NCBI GenBank assembly: GCA_027118455.1
Contig: JAJAYZ010000067.1
Span: forward strand, 6,987 to 70,986
DNA from: Actinomycetes bacterium
GTDB taxonomy: Bacteria; Actinomycetota; Actinomycetes; JAHEKZ01
Length of the DNA stretch: 64,000 nucleotides
Direction of reading: 5' to 3'
The translations under genes were made by a program, and so were the position numbers. The notes below the pieces were generated by a model that saw only the letters and a program-made list of their open reading frames with translations, was not told the DNA's origin and did not search any database. Below are positions 31,495-41,421 of this stretch, piece after piece (position 1 is the stretch's first letter; each line of letters opens with the position of its first letter).

Positions 31495-32952
31495 CTAGTG
31501 AGTCGGCGCCATATCAGAAGCTGCAGCCGCCCTCGACGCCGCAGCTGCAGCGTGCGTCTCCGCGGCAATCTGGCCCTTGGGGTAGCCCTCATTGATCCAC
31601 CACTCTTGGCCCTCTTGGGGCAGTGAGTGCACTGGGTCGTAGTAGACATGCTTTTTCCGCACAGCATCTGGGTCTTCGAGCTCGATCCCGGTGCGGTAGT
31701 TCTTTGACCAGTACGAGATCCCGAGAACGTGGTCGTACTCGTCGACTTGGTGCACCCAGCGCTTGCCGACGAACGGCACGTCGCAAGTGACTCGTGGGGT
31801 CGCAAATCCCGGCAGGTAGCCCATGACGCCATGCTGCAGCCGCTGTGCGTCAGCCAACGAGACGCGCCAGTGCTCAGCAAAGGGAATCATGTCAGGCATG
31901 TAGAAGTAGTAGGGCAGGATGCTGGCCTCATCGAGCAGGGCGAAGCAGAGGTCGAGCAGCTGGTCGACGCTGTTGTTGATGCCGGCCATCAGGACACCCT
32001 GATTGCGAACATCACGAATACCGACGTCCAGCAGGCCTCGCGATGCTCTGGCGACCAACGGCGTTACTGAGTTGGCGTGGTTGACGTGGGTGTGGACGGC
32101 CAGGCCAACACCGCGACTGGAGGCCTTGGTCGCCAGTCGTTCGGCTCCGGCCAGGACATCGTCGGAGTACCAGTGCTGGGGGAGCCCCATCAAAGCCTTG
32201 GTGGCCAGCCGGATGTCACGGATGTTCTCGACGTCGAGGATCTTGTCGACGTAGGCCTCGAGGTTCTTCCATGGCATGTTGCCGACGTCGCCACCTGAGA
32301 CCACCACGTCACGGACCGACGGGGTCGCCCGCAGATAGTCGAGGTGTTGCTGCATGCGGTCGACCGGCTTCAGCTCCAGCTTCAGCTTCTTCACGGTCGG
32401 GGTGGAGTTACCGACGAGGTCCATCCGCGTGCAGTGTCCGCAGTACTGCGGACAGGTAGAGAGCACCTCGGCGAGCACCTTGGTCGGATACCGGTGGGTG
32501 AGCCCCTCAGCTCGCCACATGTCGTGCTCGTGCAAGGAGTCGCGGCTGGAGTAGGGGTGCGACGGCCAGTCGGTACGCCGGTCACTGAACACCGGGAGCA
32601 TGTAGCGACGCACCGGGTCGACGTAGTAGGCCTCGGTGAACGTCTGCGGGGTCGGTGTACCGGTGTCGTGCGAGTCCGGGACCATGGTGTTGACCATTTG
32701 CGGAGTGATCAGCATCGACATCGTTGCGCGCTCGGCCTGATCTAGCTCAAGATCGTCGTAGAAGTCGTCAGTCAGCAGATCACCCATCAGGGCGCGCAAC
32801 TGCTTGATGTTCTTGACGCAGTGTGCCCGTTGCCACTGTGCGTCTTCCCACTCAGAAGTGGTGACCTCACTCCAGCCTGGAAGGCGCGTCCAATCTGGTT
32901 CGCGGACCTCGTGCTGGCGGTAGTCGTACGGCTGGGGTAGCGGATGGCTCAC
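31495..32952 (-). CDS. kamA: KamA-family radical SAM aminomutase (lysine 2,3-aminomutase-like)
   Basis: CPQYCGHCTR radical-SAM CxxxCxxC motif in the KamA context, with PLP-binding region. 485 aa. Confidence 0.8.
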   Translation of the reverse strand: MSHPLPQPYDYRQHEVREPDWTRLPGWSEVTTSEWEDAQWQRAHCVKNIKQLRALMGDLLTDDFYDDLELDQAERATMSMLITPQMVNTMVPDSHDTGTPTPQTFTEAYYVDPVRRYMLPVFSDRRTDWPSHPYSSRDSLHEHDMWRAEGLTHRYPTKVLAEVLSTCPQYCGHCTRMDLVGNSTPTVKKLKLELKPVDRMQQHLDYLRATPSVRDVVVSGGDVGNMPWKNLEAYVDKILDVENIRDIRLATKALMGLPQHWYSDDVLAGAERLATKASSRGVGLAVHTHVNHANSVTPLVARASRGLLDVGIRDVRNQGVLMAGINNSVDQLLDLCFALLDEASILPYYFYMPDMIPFAEHWRVSLADAQRLQHGVMGYLPGFATPRVTCDVPFVGKRWVHQVDEYDHVLGISYWSKNYRTGIELEDPDAVRKKHVYYDPVHSLPQEGQEWWINEGYPKGQIAAETHAAAAASRAAAASDMAPTH

Positions 32953-33020
32953 TGGCTCTCCTTCAAACCGTTATCGCAGTACCGCGAGGTTACGGAGATC
33001 TTCCTGCCAAATCAATGACA

Positions 33021-33080
33021 AACCGCAACTTCTCCACCAAAAGGTGGTTCGTTTCCATTTTGTTGCGGAGTTCCCCCTCC
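33021..33080. promoter_or_regulatory. AT-rich nested palindromes in the divergent kamA / kdd promoter region
   Basis: ACCGCAAC-TTCTCCACCAAAAGGTGG-TTCGTTTCCATTTT-GTTGCGG: outer CCGCAAC/GTTGCGG and inner CCACC-AAAA-GGTGG inverted repeats. A locally AT-rich stretch in a high-GC genome. Confidence 0.4.
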
Positions 33081-33123
33081 CGGGTGCTGGCGATCGCACC
33101 CTCGCTCCTGACAAGATCGCCCG

Positions 33124-34197
33124 GTGACTCGAACGACTCCATCGTCGCCCGTAGGACTTCACCGTGTCATCGAGCCGCGCGGAGTTCTGCCGCAGGCCGC
33201 CACCAGAGTTAACGCCAGCCCCGAGATCTGGCCAGACGAGGTCCGGGTGGCCGTCTCGGTGCTCAACCTCGACGCAGCCTCATTCCGGCAGTTGATCACC
33301 AAGCACGACGGCGACGGCGACGCCGTCCGCAGCGAGGTACTCGAAATCATCGCCGACCGGGGGAAGATGCAGAACCCAGTGACCGGTTCAGGCGGCATGC
33401 TCGTCGGCACCGTCGACGAGGTGGGTCCGGAGGCCACCTTCGACGTCACGGTCGGGCAGCAGATCACGACGCTCGTCTCGCTCAGCCTGACTCCGCTGGT
33501 GGTGACCGACGGGCTCGTCCGTTGGAGTGGCCTGAGCGAGCAGGTGCCGTGCGACGGCTACGCGATCCTCTTCGGGCGAACGATTGCCGCCTCGGTACCG
33601 CATGACCTCCCGCCAACGCTGGCTATGGCGGTCATGGACGTCGCAGGAGCCCCGGCTCTCACCGCGAGGGTGGTGCTGCAGTACGTGGATCGGGGTCACC
33701 CGCCGACCGTTGCAGTGATCGGCGGGGCAGGAAAGAGCGGATCGCTCTCCCTGGCCGCCGCGCGTGACAGCGGCGCTAAGAGGACTGTCGGCATTGTCCC
33801 CGTTCACGCTGAGGCCGAGTTGCTCAGCGAGGTCGATTTGGCCGACGTCGTTGCGATTGCAGATGCCCGAGATCCGGTGGCTCTGTCTACGGCTGTCGAG
33901 CAGTCGCTGGGTGCTCCGGCTGATATCACCGTGGTCTGCGTCGACGTCCCGGGATGTGAGCACGGGGCCATCCTGGCCACGTCACCAGACGGCGGCACCG
34001 TCATTTTCTTCTCCATGGCAACCTCTTTCACCGCAGCCGCCCTCGGGGCCGAAGGACTCGTCTCGGATACGACCATGCTGATTGGAAATGGCTACACGCC
34101 AGGCCATGCTGAGTACGCCTTCGACCTTTTGCGCCGCTCGGCTGGCGTTCGTGACCTCTTTACCCGTCGGCTAGCTCACGAGGAGAGAGCGGGGTGA
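33124..34197 (+). CDS. kdd: L-erythro-3,5-diaminohexanoate dehydrogenase
   Basis: N-terminus HRVIEPRGVLPQ... and the motif GKMQNPVTGSGGMLVGTV match Kdd of the lysine fermentation pathway. Confidence 0.75.
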   Translation: MTRTTPSSPVGLHRVIEPRGVLPQAATRVNASPEIWPDEVRVAVSVLNLDAASFRQLITKHDGDGDAVRSEVLEIIADRGKMQNPVTGSGGMLVGTVDEVGPEATFDVTVGQQITTLVSLSLTPLVVTDGLVRWSGLSEQVPCDGYAILFGRTIAASVPHDLPPTLAMAVMDVAGAPALTARVVLQYVDRGHPPTVAVIGGAGKSGSLSLAAARDSGAKRTVGIVPVHAEAELLSEVDLADVVAIADARDPVALSTAVEQSLGAPADITVVCVDVPGCEHGAILATSPDGGTVIFFSMATSFTAAALGAEGLVSDTTMLIGNGYTPGHAEYAFDLLRRSAGVRDLFTRRLAHEERAG

Positions 34198-35813
34198 CCA
34201 CCACGCTGTATCGCGGAGGGCTGGTCTACAACACCGCCGAGCCCTTTGCCACCGCGCTGGTAACCCAGGACGACCTCGTTGCTTGGGTCGGATCAGATGA
34301 GGCTGCCCGCGTCAACGCCGACGGAGTTGACGTCGTCGTCGAGCTCGATGGAGCGCTGCTCACGCCCGCCTTTGTTGACGCGCATGTCCACACGACCTCG
34401 ACGGGGTTGAACCTGTCCGGCCTCGACCTCTCGGACACCAAGTCCCTGGAGGAGGCGCTTGCGCGCCTGGAGGCACACTCCAGAAGCGTGCGCGGCGCCG
34501 TGGTGCTCGGGCATGGGTGGGATGAGACCAGGTGGCCCGAGGCTCGTCCGCCACGTCGCGACGAGGTAGACCGTGCTTCATACGGTGGGGTTGTCTATCT
34601 TTCCCGCGTTGACGTCCACTCGTGCATCGCATCCTCGGCCCTGCTTGCGCTTGCTCCCGAAGTGAGCAATGCAGCCGGCTACTCAGCCGATGGATGGCTC
34701 TCCCAGCAAGCGCATCACGTCGTACGTCGGATCGCACTCGACTCAGTCACCCCTGCTCAGCGCCGAGCAGCTCAACGGCTCTGCCTGCAGCATGCAGCGT
34801 CGCTCGGCATCGGTATGGTGCACGAGCTCGGTGGTCCCGAGATCTCCAGTGCCGACGACTTCGCCGACCTCCTCGCCACGGTTGGCCCAGAGTCGGGCGT
34901 CGAAGTTGTCGGCTATTGGGGCGAGGGCGGGGGTCCTGATGTCGCACTCTCGCTCGGGGCACGCGGTGCGGCGGGAGACCACTTCGTCGACGGCGCGATT
35001 GGCTCGCGAACCGCTTTCTTGCGAGACACCTATGCCGATGCCGAGACGCACGGCGCCGCGTACACGACAGCAGCCACGATCCGCGACCACGTCATTGCAT
35101 GTTCGATGGCCGGCGTGCCGGCCGGTTACCACGTGATCGGCGATGGCGCGATGGACCTGGTCGTCGCTGGCTTCACCGAAGCAGCAGAGGCAATCGGCGA
35201 CGATGTGGTTCGAACGGCCCAACACCGGCTTGAGCATGTCGAGATGGTCGACGGCTTGGCCAGGGCAGTGCTCGCGCGCCTAGGAGTTCTCGCCAGCGTG
35301 CAACCAGTGTTCGATGCCTGGTGGGGTGGGGACACCGGCATGTACACCGAGCGACTCGGTGCCGCCCGGGCAGCGACCCTCAACCCATTCGCCAGCATGC
35401 AGGCGGCCGGGATCCCGTTGGCTTTCGGCTCTGATGCCCCCGTGACACCCCTGGCTCCGTGGCAGGCGATCCGGGCGGCTGTCCATCACCATCAGCCAGA
35501 AGAGCGGCTCACCGCACGTTCTGCATTCACCGCACACACCCGCGGTGGATGGCGAGCGGCTGGACGACGCGGCGGCGTCCTGGCGCCGGGTGAGCCGGCC
35601 ACCCTGGCGTTGTGGCAGTGCGATGAGCTTGTGGTCGAGACTCCAGACGATCGGGTTGCCGCCTGGTCGACCGACCCGCGGGCGGGTGTCCCTGGCCTTC
35701 CGTCGTTGGAGCCCGGCACTGCAGACCCGGTGTGTCTGCGCACGATCGTCGCAGGTCGTACGGTCTACACCAGTGACGCCGTCCAACCAATCAACCCTGG
35801 GAGGGGTAAGTGA
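34194..35813 (+). CDS. Metal-dependent amidohydrolase (Amidohydro_3/YtcJ-like)
   Basis: N-terminal HxH (DAHVHT), conserved His/Asp residues and a C-terminal GSDAP motif. Overlaps kdd by 4 nt. Confidence 0.75.
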   Translation: MTTTLYRGGLVYNTAEPFATALVTQDDLVAWVGSDEAARVNADGVDVVVELDGALLTPAFVDAHVHTTSTGLNLSGLDLSDTKSLEEALARLEAHSRSVRGAVVLGHGWDETRWPEARPPRRDEVDRASYGGVVYLSRVDVHSCIASSALLALAPEVSNAAGYSADGWLSQQAHHVVRRIALDSVTPAQRRAAQRLCLQHAASLGIGMVHELGGPEISSADDFADLLATVGPESGVEVVGYWGEGGGPDVALSLGARGAAGDHFVDGAIGSRTAFLRDTYADAETHGAAYTTAATIRDHVIACSMAGVPAGYHVIGDGAMDLVVAGFTEAAEAIGDDVVRTAQHRLEHVEMVDGLARAVLARLGVLASVQPVFDAWWGGDTGMYTERLGAARAATLNPFASMQAAGIPLAFGSDAPVTPLAPWQAIRAAVHHHQPEERLTARSAFTAHTRGGWRAAGRRGGVLAPGEPATLALWQCDELVVETPDDRVAAWSTDPRAGVPGLPSLEPGTADPVCLRTIVAGRTVYTSDAVQPINPGRGK

Positions 35814-37402
35814 CGCGACGAGGTAAGGGCAAGCTCGAGCTTGACCCCGCCGTGGTCCGAAAGGCTCGTAGCCTCGCGCGCAAGGCCGGTAAGCCCATCG
35901 TGACTCTGGCAAAGACGCACACCACGGTGTCCGTCGAGCGAGCAGTACTGCGTCTCGCCGGATTGTCAGGTGCCGATGCCGAGGGGCAACCCTGGGTGAA
36001 CCATGTCGCCGACGCCGTGCGTCAGGACGTCGGCCTCGAGCACGGCGTTGCCCTTCCGGTCTGGCATGCGATGGCGTCAGGTCAGTTCGCCGACCTGACC
36101 GCTCTCGCGCAGAAAGCCGCCGCAGGAGGGGTGATCTTCCACGCCCCCGAGGGGCGAGACGCCACCCGTGCCCGCAGCGCGTCCCGAAAGGCTGCGGCTG
36201 CCGGCCTGCGAAAGATCGACAGCAACCGCAAGGCTCGCGACCGGTTCACCAAGAAGTATGGCGACCCACCCAAGCCATGGATCTACCTGATCGTCGCCAC
36301 CGGGGATATCTACGAGGACATGCCGCAGGCACAGGCTGCGGCACGCGAAGGTGCCGACATCGTGGCCGTGATCCGATCAACAGGCCAGTCGCTGCTCGAC
36401 TTCGTCCCAGAAGGGCCGACTCGTGAGGGTTACGCGGGCACGTATGCGACGCAAGAGAACTTTCGCTTGATGCGCTCAGCTCTCGACGAAGTCTCTGCCG
36501 AACTTGGACGCTACGTACGATTGACCAACTACGCGTCGGGTCTCTGCATGCCCGAGATTGCGACGTTGGCCGGCCTGGAGCGCCTCGACATGATGCTCAA
36601 TGACTCGATGTACGGAATCCTCTTTCGCGACATCAACCCGATCCGCACCTTCGTCGACCAGCGCTTCAGCAGGCAGATCCATGCACGGGCGGGGATCATC
36701 ATCAACACCGGCGAGGACAACTACCTCACGACGGCGGACGGCGTCGAGGCTGCACACACCGTCACCGTCAGCCAGCTTCTCAACGAGTTCTTCGGCAAGG
36801 AAGCCGGGCTCGTCGACGACCAGCTTGGTCTGGGCCATGCCTTCGAGATCAATCCGACCGTGCCCGAGTCGTTCCGGCTCGAGCTGGCCCACGCCTTGCT
36901 GGCCCGCGAGCTCTTCCCCAACGCGCCGCTGAAGTGGATGCCGCCCACCAAGCACATGACCGGCGATGTGTTCGGTGGCTATCTGCTGAACGGCTTCTTC
37001 AACCTGGTCGGCTCAATGACGGCGCAGGATATCCTCCTGGTCGGCATGTTGACCGAGGCCGTTCATACACCGTGGTTGTCGGACCGCGATCTCGCCCTGC
37101 AGAACGTTCGCTACGTGATGGAGTCGACCCGTGGGCTGGCCGAGGACTTCGTCCCGGCGCATGACGGATTCATCGTCCAACGCTCGCGCCAGGTGCTGGG
37201 GGAGGCCATCGAGCTGCTCGAGCGGATCGTGGACGACCAGCTGCTCAACGCCATCGCCGACGGCACGTTCGGGCTGATGAAGCGCCCGGCCGACGCCGGC
37301 CGCGGACTCGACGGGGTCGCCAAGCACTCCAACTCTTACTACAACCCGGCCAGCGAACTACTCGACGAGTACTTCGCCGACGCGAAGGGGCATGCTCGAT
37401 GA
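35810..37402 (+). CDS. kamD: D-lysine 5,6-aminomutase alpha subunit-like (KamD)
   Basis: N-terminus ..LDPAVVRKARSLARKAGKPIVTLAKTHTTVSVERAVLRLAG.. closely parallels KamD/OraE-family large subunits. 530 aa. Confidence 0.8.
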   Translation: MTRRGKGKLELDPAVVRKARSLARKAGKPIVTLAKTHTTVSVERAVLRLAGLSGADAEGQPWVNHVADAVRQDVGLEHGVALPVWHAMASGQFADLTALAQKAAAGGVIFHAPEGRDATRARSASRKAAAAGLRKIDSNRKARDRFTKKYGDPPKPWIYLIVATGDIYEDMPQAQAAAREGADIVAVIRSTGQSLLDFVPEGPTREGYAGTYATQENFRLMRSALDEVSAELGRYVRLTNYASGLCMPEIATLAGLERLDMMLNDSMYGILFRDINPIRTFVDQRFSRQIHARAGIIINTGEDNYLTTADGVEAAHTVTVSQLLNEFFGKEAGLVDDQLGLGHAFEINPTVPESFRLELAHALLARELFPNAPLKWMPPTKHMTGDVFGGYLLNGFFNLVGSMTAQDILLVGMLTEAVHTPWLSDRDLALQNVRYVMESTRGLAEDFVPAHDGFIVQRSRQVLGEAIELLERIVDDQLLNAIADGTFGLMKRPADAGRGLDGVAKHSNSYYNPASELLDEYFADAKGHAR

Positions 37403-38202
37403 GCAAACGCGCGGAGCCGCACATCATTCGCCCCTATGGTGACGCCACCGGCGACGGCCAGGTCCAAGTGTCCTTCACGCTTCCCATTGCGCACGACAAG
37501 CGAGCCGAGGGAGCAGCACTCCAGTTGGCGGCCAAGATGGGTCTTGAGCCGGCCATGGTGGTGCATGCCAAGCAGATGGGACCGCACTTCACCTTCTTCG
37601 TCGTCTACGGGCGCTGCAGCCACCTGGTCGACCTCAACAAGGTCGTCGTCATGGAGCGTGAGTTCCCTCTTCTCTCACCGAAGGAGGTCAGCGCGGCGAT
37701 CAAGCGCTCGTTGCGGCGTCCACTGGTGGTGATTGGTGCCTGCATCGGTACCGACGCCCACACGGTCGGCATCGACGCGATCTTGAACATCAAGGGTTGG
37801 GCTGGGGAGAAAGGGCTGGAGGCCTACAGCGACCTCGAGGTGCACAACCTCGGCGCCCAAGTATCCGTCCCTGATCTGGTGGAGCATGCGCAGAGCCTCA
37901 AAGCTGACGCCGTGCTTGTCAGCCAGGTGGTGACGCAACGAGAGGCTCACCTCCACAACGTCACGCAAATGTCAGCTGCGTTCCGCGAGGCATACCCGGC
38001 TGGAACAACGCCGGTGCTGATCGTTGGAGGCCCGCGCTTCGACGAGAGTGCTGCGTCTGAGCTAGGCGTCGACCGCATTTTTGTGAAGGGAACGACACCC
38101 AGCGAAGTTGCCAGCTACCTGGCGCACCGGCTCTGCGCGACGCCGGCCGGCACTCGTCGGCCCAACGCCAAGAAGAAGAGCAAGAAGGCAGGAGTGCGCT
38201 GA
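37399..38202 (+). CDS. kamE: D-lysine 5,6-aminomutase beta subunit-like, cobalamin-binding (KamE)
   Basis: ..IRPYGDATGDGQVQVSFTLP.. KamE-family N-terminus followed by a B12-binding Rossmann domain. Overlaps kamD by 4 nt. Confidence 0.8.
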   Translation: MSKRAEPHIIRPYGDATGDGQVQVSFTLPIAHDKRAEGAALQLAAKMGLEPAMVVHAKQMGPHFTFFVVYGRCSHLVDLNKVVVMEREFPLLSPKEVSAAIKRSLRRPLVVIGACIGTDAHTVGIDAILNIKGWAGEKGLEAYSDLEVHNLGAQVSVPDLVEHAQSLKADAVLVSQVVTQREAHLHNVTQMSAAFREAYPAGTTPVLIVGGPRFDESAASELGVDRIFVKGTTPSEVASYLAHRLCATPAGTRRPNAKKKSKKAGVR

Positions 38203-38618
38203 TGCCAGATCCCACCGACCACAAGCTTGGGAAGAGCATCACGCATCGGCGGTACGTGCCCTACTCGCACGCTCACTATGCAGGGAACTTGGTCGACGGG
38301 GCGTACACCCTCAGTCTCTTCGGCGATGTGGCTACCGACTTGATGATCGTCACCGACGGCGACGAAGGGCTCTTCGCCTCATACTCCGACATCCAGTTCA
38401 CTGCCCCGGTTCGCGCGGGTGATGTCCTCGAAGTCACCGCGACGGTCAGCAGGGTTGGGCGGCGCAGCCGAGAGCTCACGTTCACCGCCCGTGTCGTCAG
38501 TCGCGGCCGGCCCGACCTCGGAGAGGCCGCTGCCGAGGTGCTCGCCGAGCCAAAATTGGCCGTTTCGGCCATCGGCACCATCGTCGTTCCCCCACCCGTG
38601 GCCACCGCGGAAGCGTGA
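38202..38618 (+). CDS. kal: Hotdog-fold protein resembling 3-aminobutyryl-CoA ammonia-lyase (Kal)
   Basis: HYAGNLVDGAYTLSLFGDVATDLMIVTDGDEGLFASYSDIQFTAPVRAGD matches the Kal family of the lysine fermentation pathway. 138 aa. Confidence 0.6.
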   Translation: MPDPTDHKLGKSITHRRYVPYSHAHYAGNLVDGAYTLSLFGDVATDLMIVTDGDEGLFASYSDIQFTAPVRAGDVLEVTATVSRVGRRSRELTFTARVVSRGRPDLGEAAAEVLAEPKLAVSAIGTIVVPPPVATAEA

Positions 38619-38636
38619 TCGGGTTACCGTCATCTG

Positions 38637-40208
38637 GTGAGCACTATCGCCAAGGGCCAGCCCACGGCTCGAAAGGTTGAGCCCTTACCGGCCAGGCCCG
38701 TTCCGTTGTTGGCGACGGTTCTCGCCTCGGCGGCGATCGGTGGTTTCCTGGTGCTTGCCTTCCCTCCGTATGACCTGTGGTGGTTGGCCCCCGTGGCCGT
38801 CACTGGGATGCTCGCCGCACTAGACCTTGGGACGCGGACCGGCCGCCCGATGCTTCGTGGTGCTCTGCTCGGGGCGGTCTTCGGGTTGGTCTTCTTCGGC
38901 CTGCTGACGCCATGGCTGCGAGTCATCGGCCCCGATGCCTGGCTGCTGGTGGTGGTGCTGTCGGCAGCTTTCACCGCGCTGTTCGGCGCCGGCGCCACGC
39001 TACTCGTACGTCTGCGTGGATGGCCGTTCTGGGTCGCTTGCTGGTGGGTTGGTGTCGAGGCACTACGGGGACGGGTGCCTTTCGGCGGTTTTCCCTGGGG
39101 TCGGTTGGGCCATTCGCAGGCCGACGCGCCAACGGCCGCTTGGGCCTCGGTGGGTGGCGTGCCCCTGCTGGGTTTCATCCTCGTGCTGGCAGGTGCCCTG
39201 CTGCTGGTCGCAGTCAAAGCGGCCGTTCGCCGTCATCTGCTTCGATCTGCCATCGCGGCGGGCGCCGCTCTTGCCATCGTGCTCAGTGGCCTGGCGATCC
39301 CGCTGGCCACAGCTGGACGTCAGATCACCGTCGCGATTGTCCAGGGCAACGTTCCTCGAACTGGAATGGACGCATTCGGACAACGCGAGGCGGTGCTGGC
39401 CGCTCACCTGGACGCTACGCACCAGCTCGCCGACGACGTCCGGGCTGGCGCCGTCGCCGCGCCTGACGTGGTCATCTGGCCTGAGAACGCCTCCGACATC
39501 GATCCGGCGCTGGACGCTGATGCGTTCGCTGCCATCGATGACGTGGTCAAGGACGTCGGTGTCCCGGTACTGGTGGGGATGGTTGTGGAGGTCGACGGCG
39601 GGGATCGGGTGGCCAACCAAGGCACGGTGTGGGACCCGGTCACAGGTCCTGGCGCTTCGTACATCAAACAGAACTTGGTTCCGTTCGGCGAGTACGTCCC
39701 GTTCCGCTCAACCGTCGAGAAGTTCATCACGCGATTGGACCGGATCCCCCGCGACTTCGTTGCTGGTGACAAGCCAGGGGTGATCGACCTTGGTCCCGTT
39801 ACTGTTGCCGACGTCATCTGCTTCGACGTCTCGTTCGACTCGGCAGTCCGCGATGCCGTCGCGGGCGGGGGCGAGTTGATCACGGTGCAGACCAACAACG
39901 CCACGTACGGACGCACTGGTCAGGTCGAGCAACAGTGGGCGATGAGCCGGCTCCGGGCGGTTGAGCATGGCCGTACGGTTCTCGTCGCCTCCACGAGCGG
40001 TATCAGCGGGATCATCGCCCCGGACGGTGAGGTCCAAGCCGAGACCCCAGAGTTCGTGCAGCAGGTGGTTGTCGAGTCGGTGGTTGCCAGAACCGACCAA
40101 ACCCTCGCCACGCGGGTAGGCGCTTGGCCCGAGCTGGTCTTGTCCCTTCTTGGTCTCGGCGCGGTCGTGCTGGCGGCCGTGCGTCGACGAGGCAGAATCG
40201 CAGCATGA
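38637..40208 (+). CDS. lnt: Apolipoprotein N-acyltransferase Lnt
   Basis: N-terminal polytopic membrane domain plus CN-hydrolase domain (..VICFDVSFD.. catalytic Cys region). GTG start. Confidence 0.85.
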   Translation: MSTIAKGQPTARKVEPLPARPVPLLATVLASAAIGGFLVLAFPPYDLWWLAPVAVTGMLAALDLGTRTGRPMLRGALLGAVFGLVFFGLLTPWLRVIGPDAWLLVVVLSAAFTALFGAGATLLVRLRGWPFWVACWWVGVEALRGRVPFGGFPWGRLGHSQADAPTAAWASVGGVPLLGFILVLAGALLLVAVKAAVRRHLLRSAIAAGAALAIVLSGLAIPLATAGRQITVAIVQGNVPRTGMDAFGQREAVLAAHLDATHQLADDVRAGAVAAPDVVIWPENASDIDPALDADAFAAIDDVVKDVGVPVLVGMVVEVDGGDRVANQGTVWDPVTGPGASYIKQNLVPFGEYVPFRSTVEKFITRLDRIPRDFVAGDKPGVIDLGPVTVADVICFDVSFDSAVRDAVAGGGELITVQTNNATYGRTGQVEQQWAMSRLRAVEHGRTVLVASTSGISGIIAPDGEVQAETPEFVQQVVVESVVARTDQTLATRVGAWPELVLSLLGLGAVVLAAVRRRGRIAA

Positions 40209-40942
40209 ACGGCGACGTACTGGTCATCATCCCGACCTACAACGAGCGACCATCACTGCCACCGATCGTGCAACGCGTCCGGGCGGCAACTCCGGACGCC
40301 CACATCCTCATCGTCGACGACAACAGCCCGGACGGCACCGGCGATCTCGCCGACTCGCTCGCGGCCGAAGACGACCACATCGAGGTTCTCCACCGCACCG
40401 CCAAGAACGGACTGGGAGCTGCCTACCTGGCCGGTTTCCGGTGGGGGATGAGCCGTGGATTTGATGTGCTCGTCGAGATGGACGCCGACGGCTCTCATCG
40501 GCCCGAGCACCTGCCGGCAATGTTGGACGCTCTGCGATGCGCAGACGCCGTCATCGGGTCGCGCTGGGTGCCTGGAGGCGGCGTCGTAAACTGGCCACGT
40601 CACCGGCAATGGCTGTCCCAAGGCGGAAACCGCTACACGCAGTTGATGCTGGGACTGGGAGTCCATGATGCGACCGCCGGTTACCGCGCCTATCGCCGTA
40701 GCGCGCTGGAGCGCATGGACCTGTCGACGGTCTCCTCGCAGGGCTACTGCTTTCAGGTCGATCTCACCCGACGTGCGGCGGCCGCTGGGCTGAGGATCGT
40801 CGAGGTACCGATCACGTTTGTCGAACGCGAGCAAGGCGACAGCAAGATGAGCGGGGCTATCGTCGCCGAAGCGCTGTGGCGCGTCACTCAGTGGGGGGTA
40901 ACGAGCCGTGCGCGGCACCTTGCACAACGGGGCTGCCGCTGA
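40205..40942 (+). CDS. ppm1: Polyprenol-phosphate mannose synthase (GT2; Ppm1/dolichol-phosphate mannosyltransferase-like)
   Basis: [17 protein letters not shown]...[13 protein letters not shown]...[10 protein letters not shown]2 motifs. ATG 40205 overlaps the lnt stop (ATGA). This lnt-ppm1 pairing corresponds to the fused M. tuberculosis Ppm1. Confidence 0.85.
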   Translation: MNGDVLVIIPTYNERPSLPPIVQRVRAATPDAHILIVDDNSPDGTGDLADSLAAEDDHIEVLHRTAKNGLGAAYLAGFRWGMSRGFDVLVEMDADGSHRPEHLPAMLDALRCADAVIGSRWVPGGGVVNWPRHRQWLSQGGNRYTQLMLGLGVHDATAGYRAYRRSALERMDLSTVSSQGYCFQVDLTRRAAAAGLRIVEVPITFVEREQGDSKMSGAIVAEALWRVTQWGVTSRARHLAQRGCR

Positions 40943-41421
40943 TGCTCGTCGTCTTCTTGCTGTTCTTCGTCGTCATTCCCGTCCTAGAGCTCTATGTCGG
41001 CTCGCTGGTCGTCGATGCCCTGGGGTTCGGCCCGGCGACCCTCCTGCTCCTGGTGGCGGTGGTGCTCGGCGTCATCGTCATGCGCTCAGCGTGGCGGCGG
41101 CGGCCGCGCAGCACCGAGAGTGCGATCCTGATGGCAGCCGGCATCTTGTTGCTGCTTCCCGGGTACGTCTCAGACGTCGTGGGACTTCTGCTGCTGCTTC
41201 CACCGGTCCGTGCTCTGCTTCGCGTCTGGATAGGGCAGCGTGTCGCGCGCCGGCTGACGTCGTGGAACTTGACCATCTTGCGCTGGGATGACGACACCGG
41301 ACGGATCACCCGCACCGATGTGGTTCCGGGCGAGGTCGTCGAGGACGGCCCAACGGATGGACGCGTCGTACGCGGTGAGATCGTGCCGGGGCCAAGTGAC
41401 CAGCCCGAGAGCCGTTCTTAG
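40942..41421 (+). CDS. fxsA: FxsA family membrane protein
   Basis: [19 protein letters not shown].. and LLLLPGYVSDVVGLLLLLPPVR are typical of FxsA. Start overlaps the ppm1 stop (TGATG). Confidence 0.7.
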   Translation: MLVVFLLFFVVIPVLELYVGSLVVDALGFGPATLLLLVAVVLGVIVMRSAWRRRPRSTESAILMAAGILLLLPGYVSDVVGLLLLLPPVRALLRVWIGQRVARRLTSWNLTILRWDDDTGRITRTDVVPGEVVEDGPTDGRVVRGEIVPGPSDQPESRS

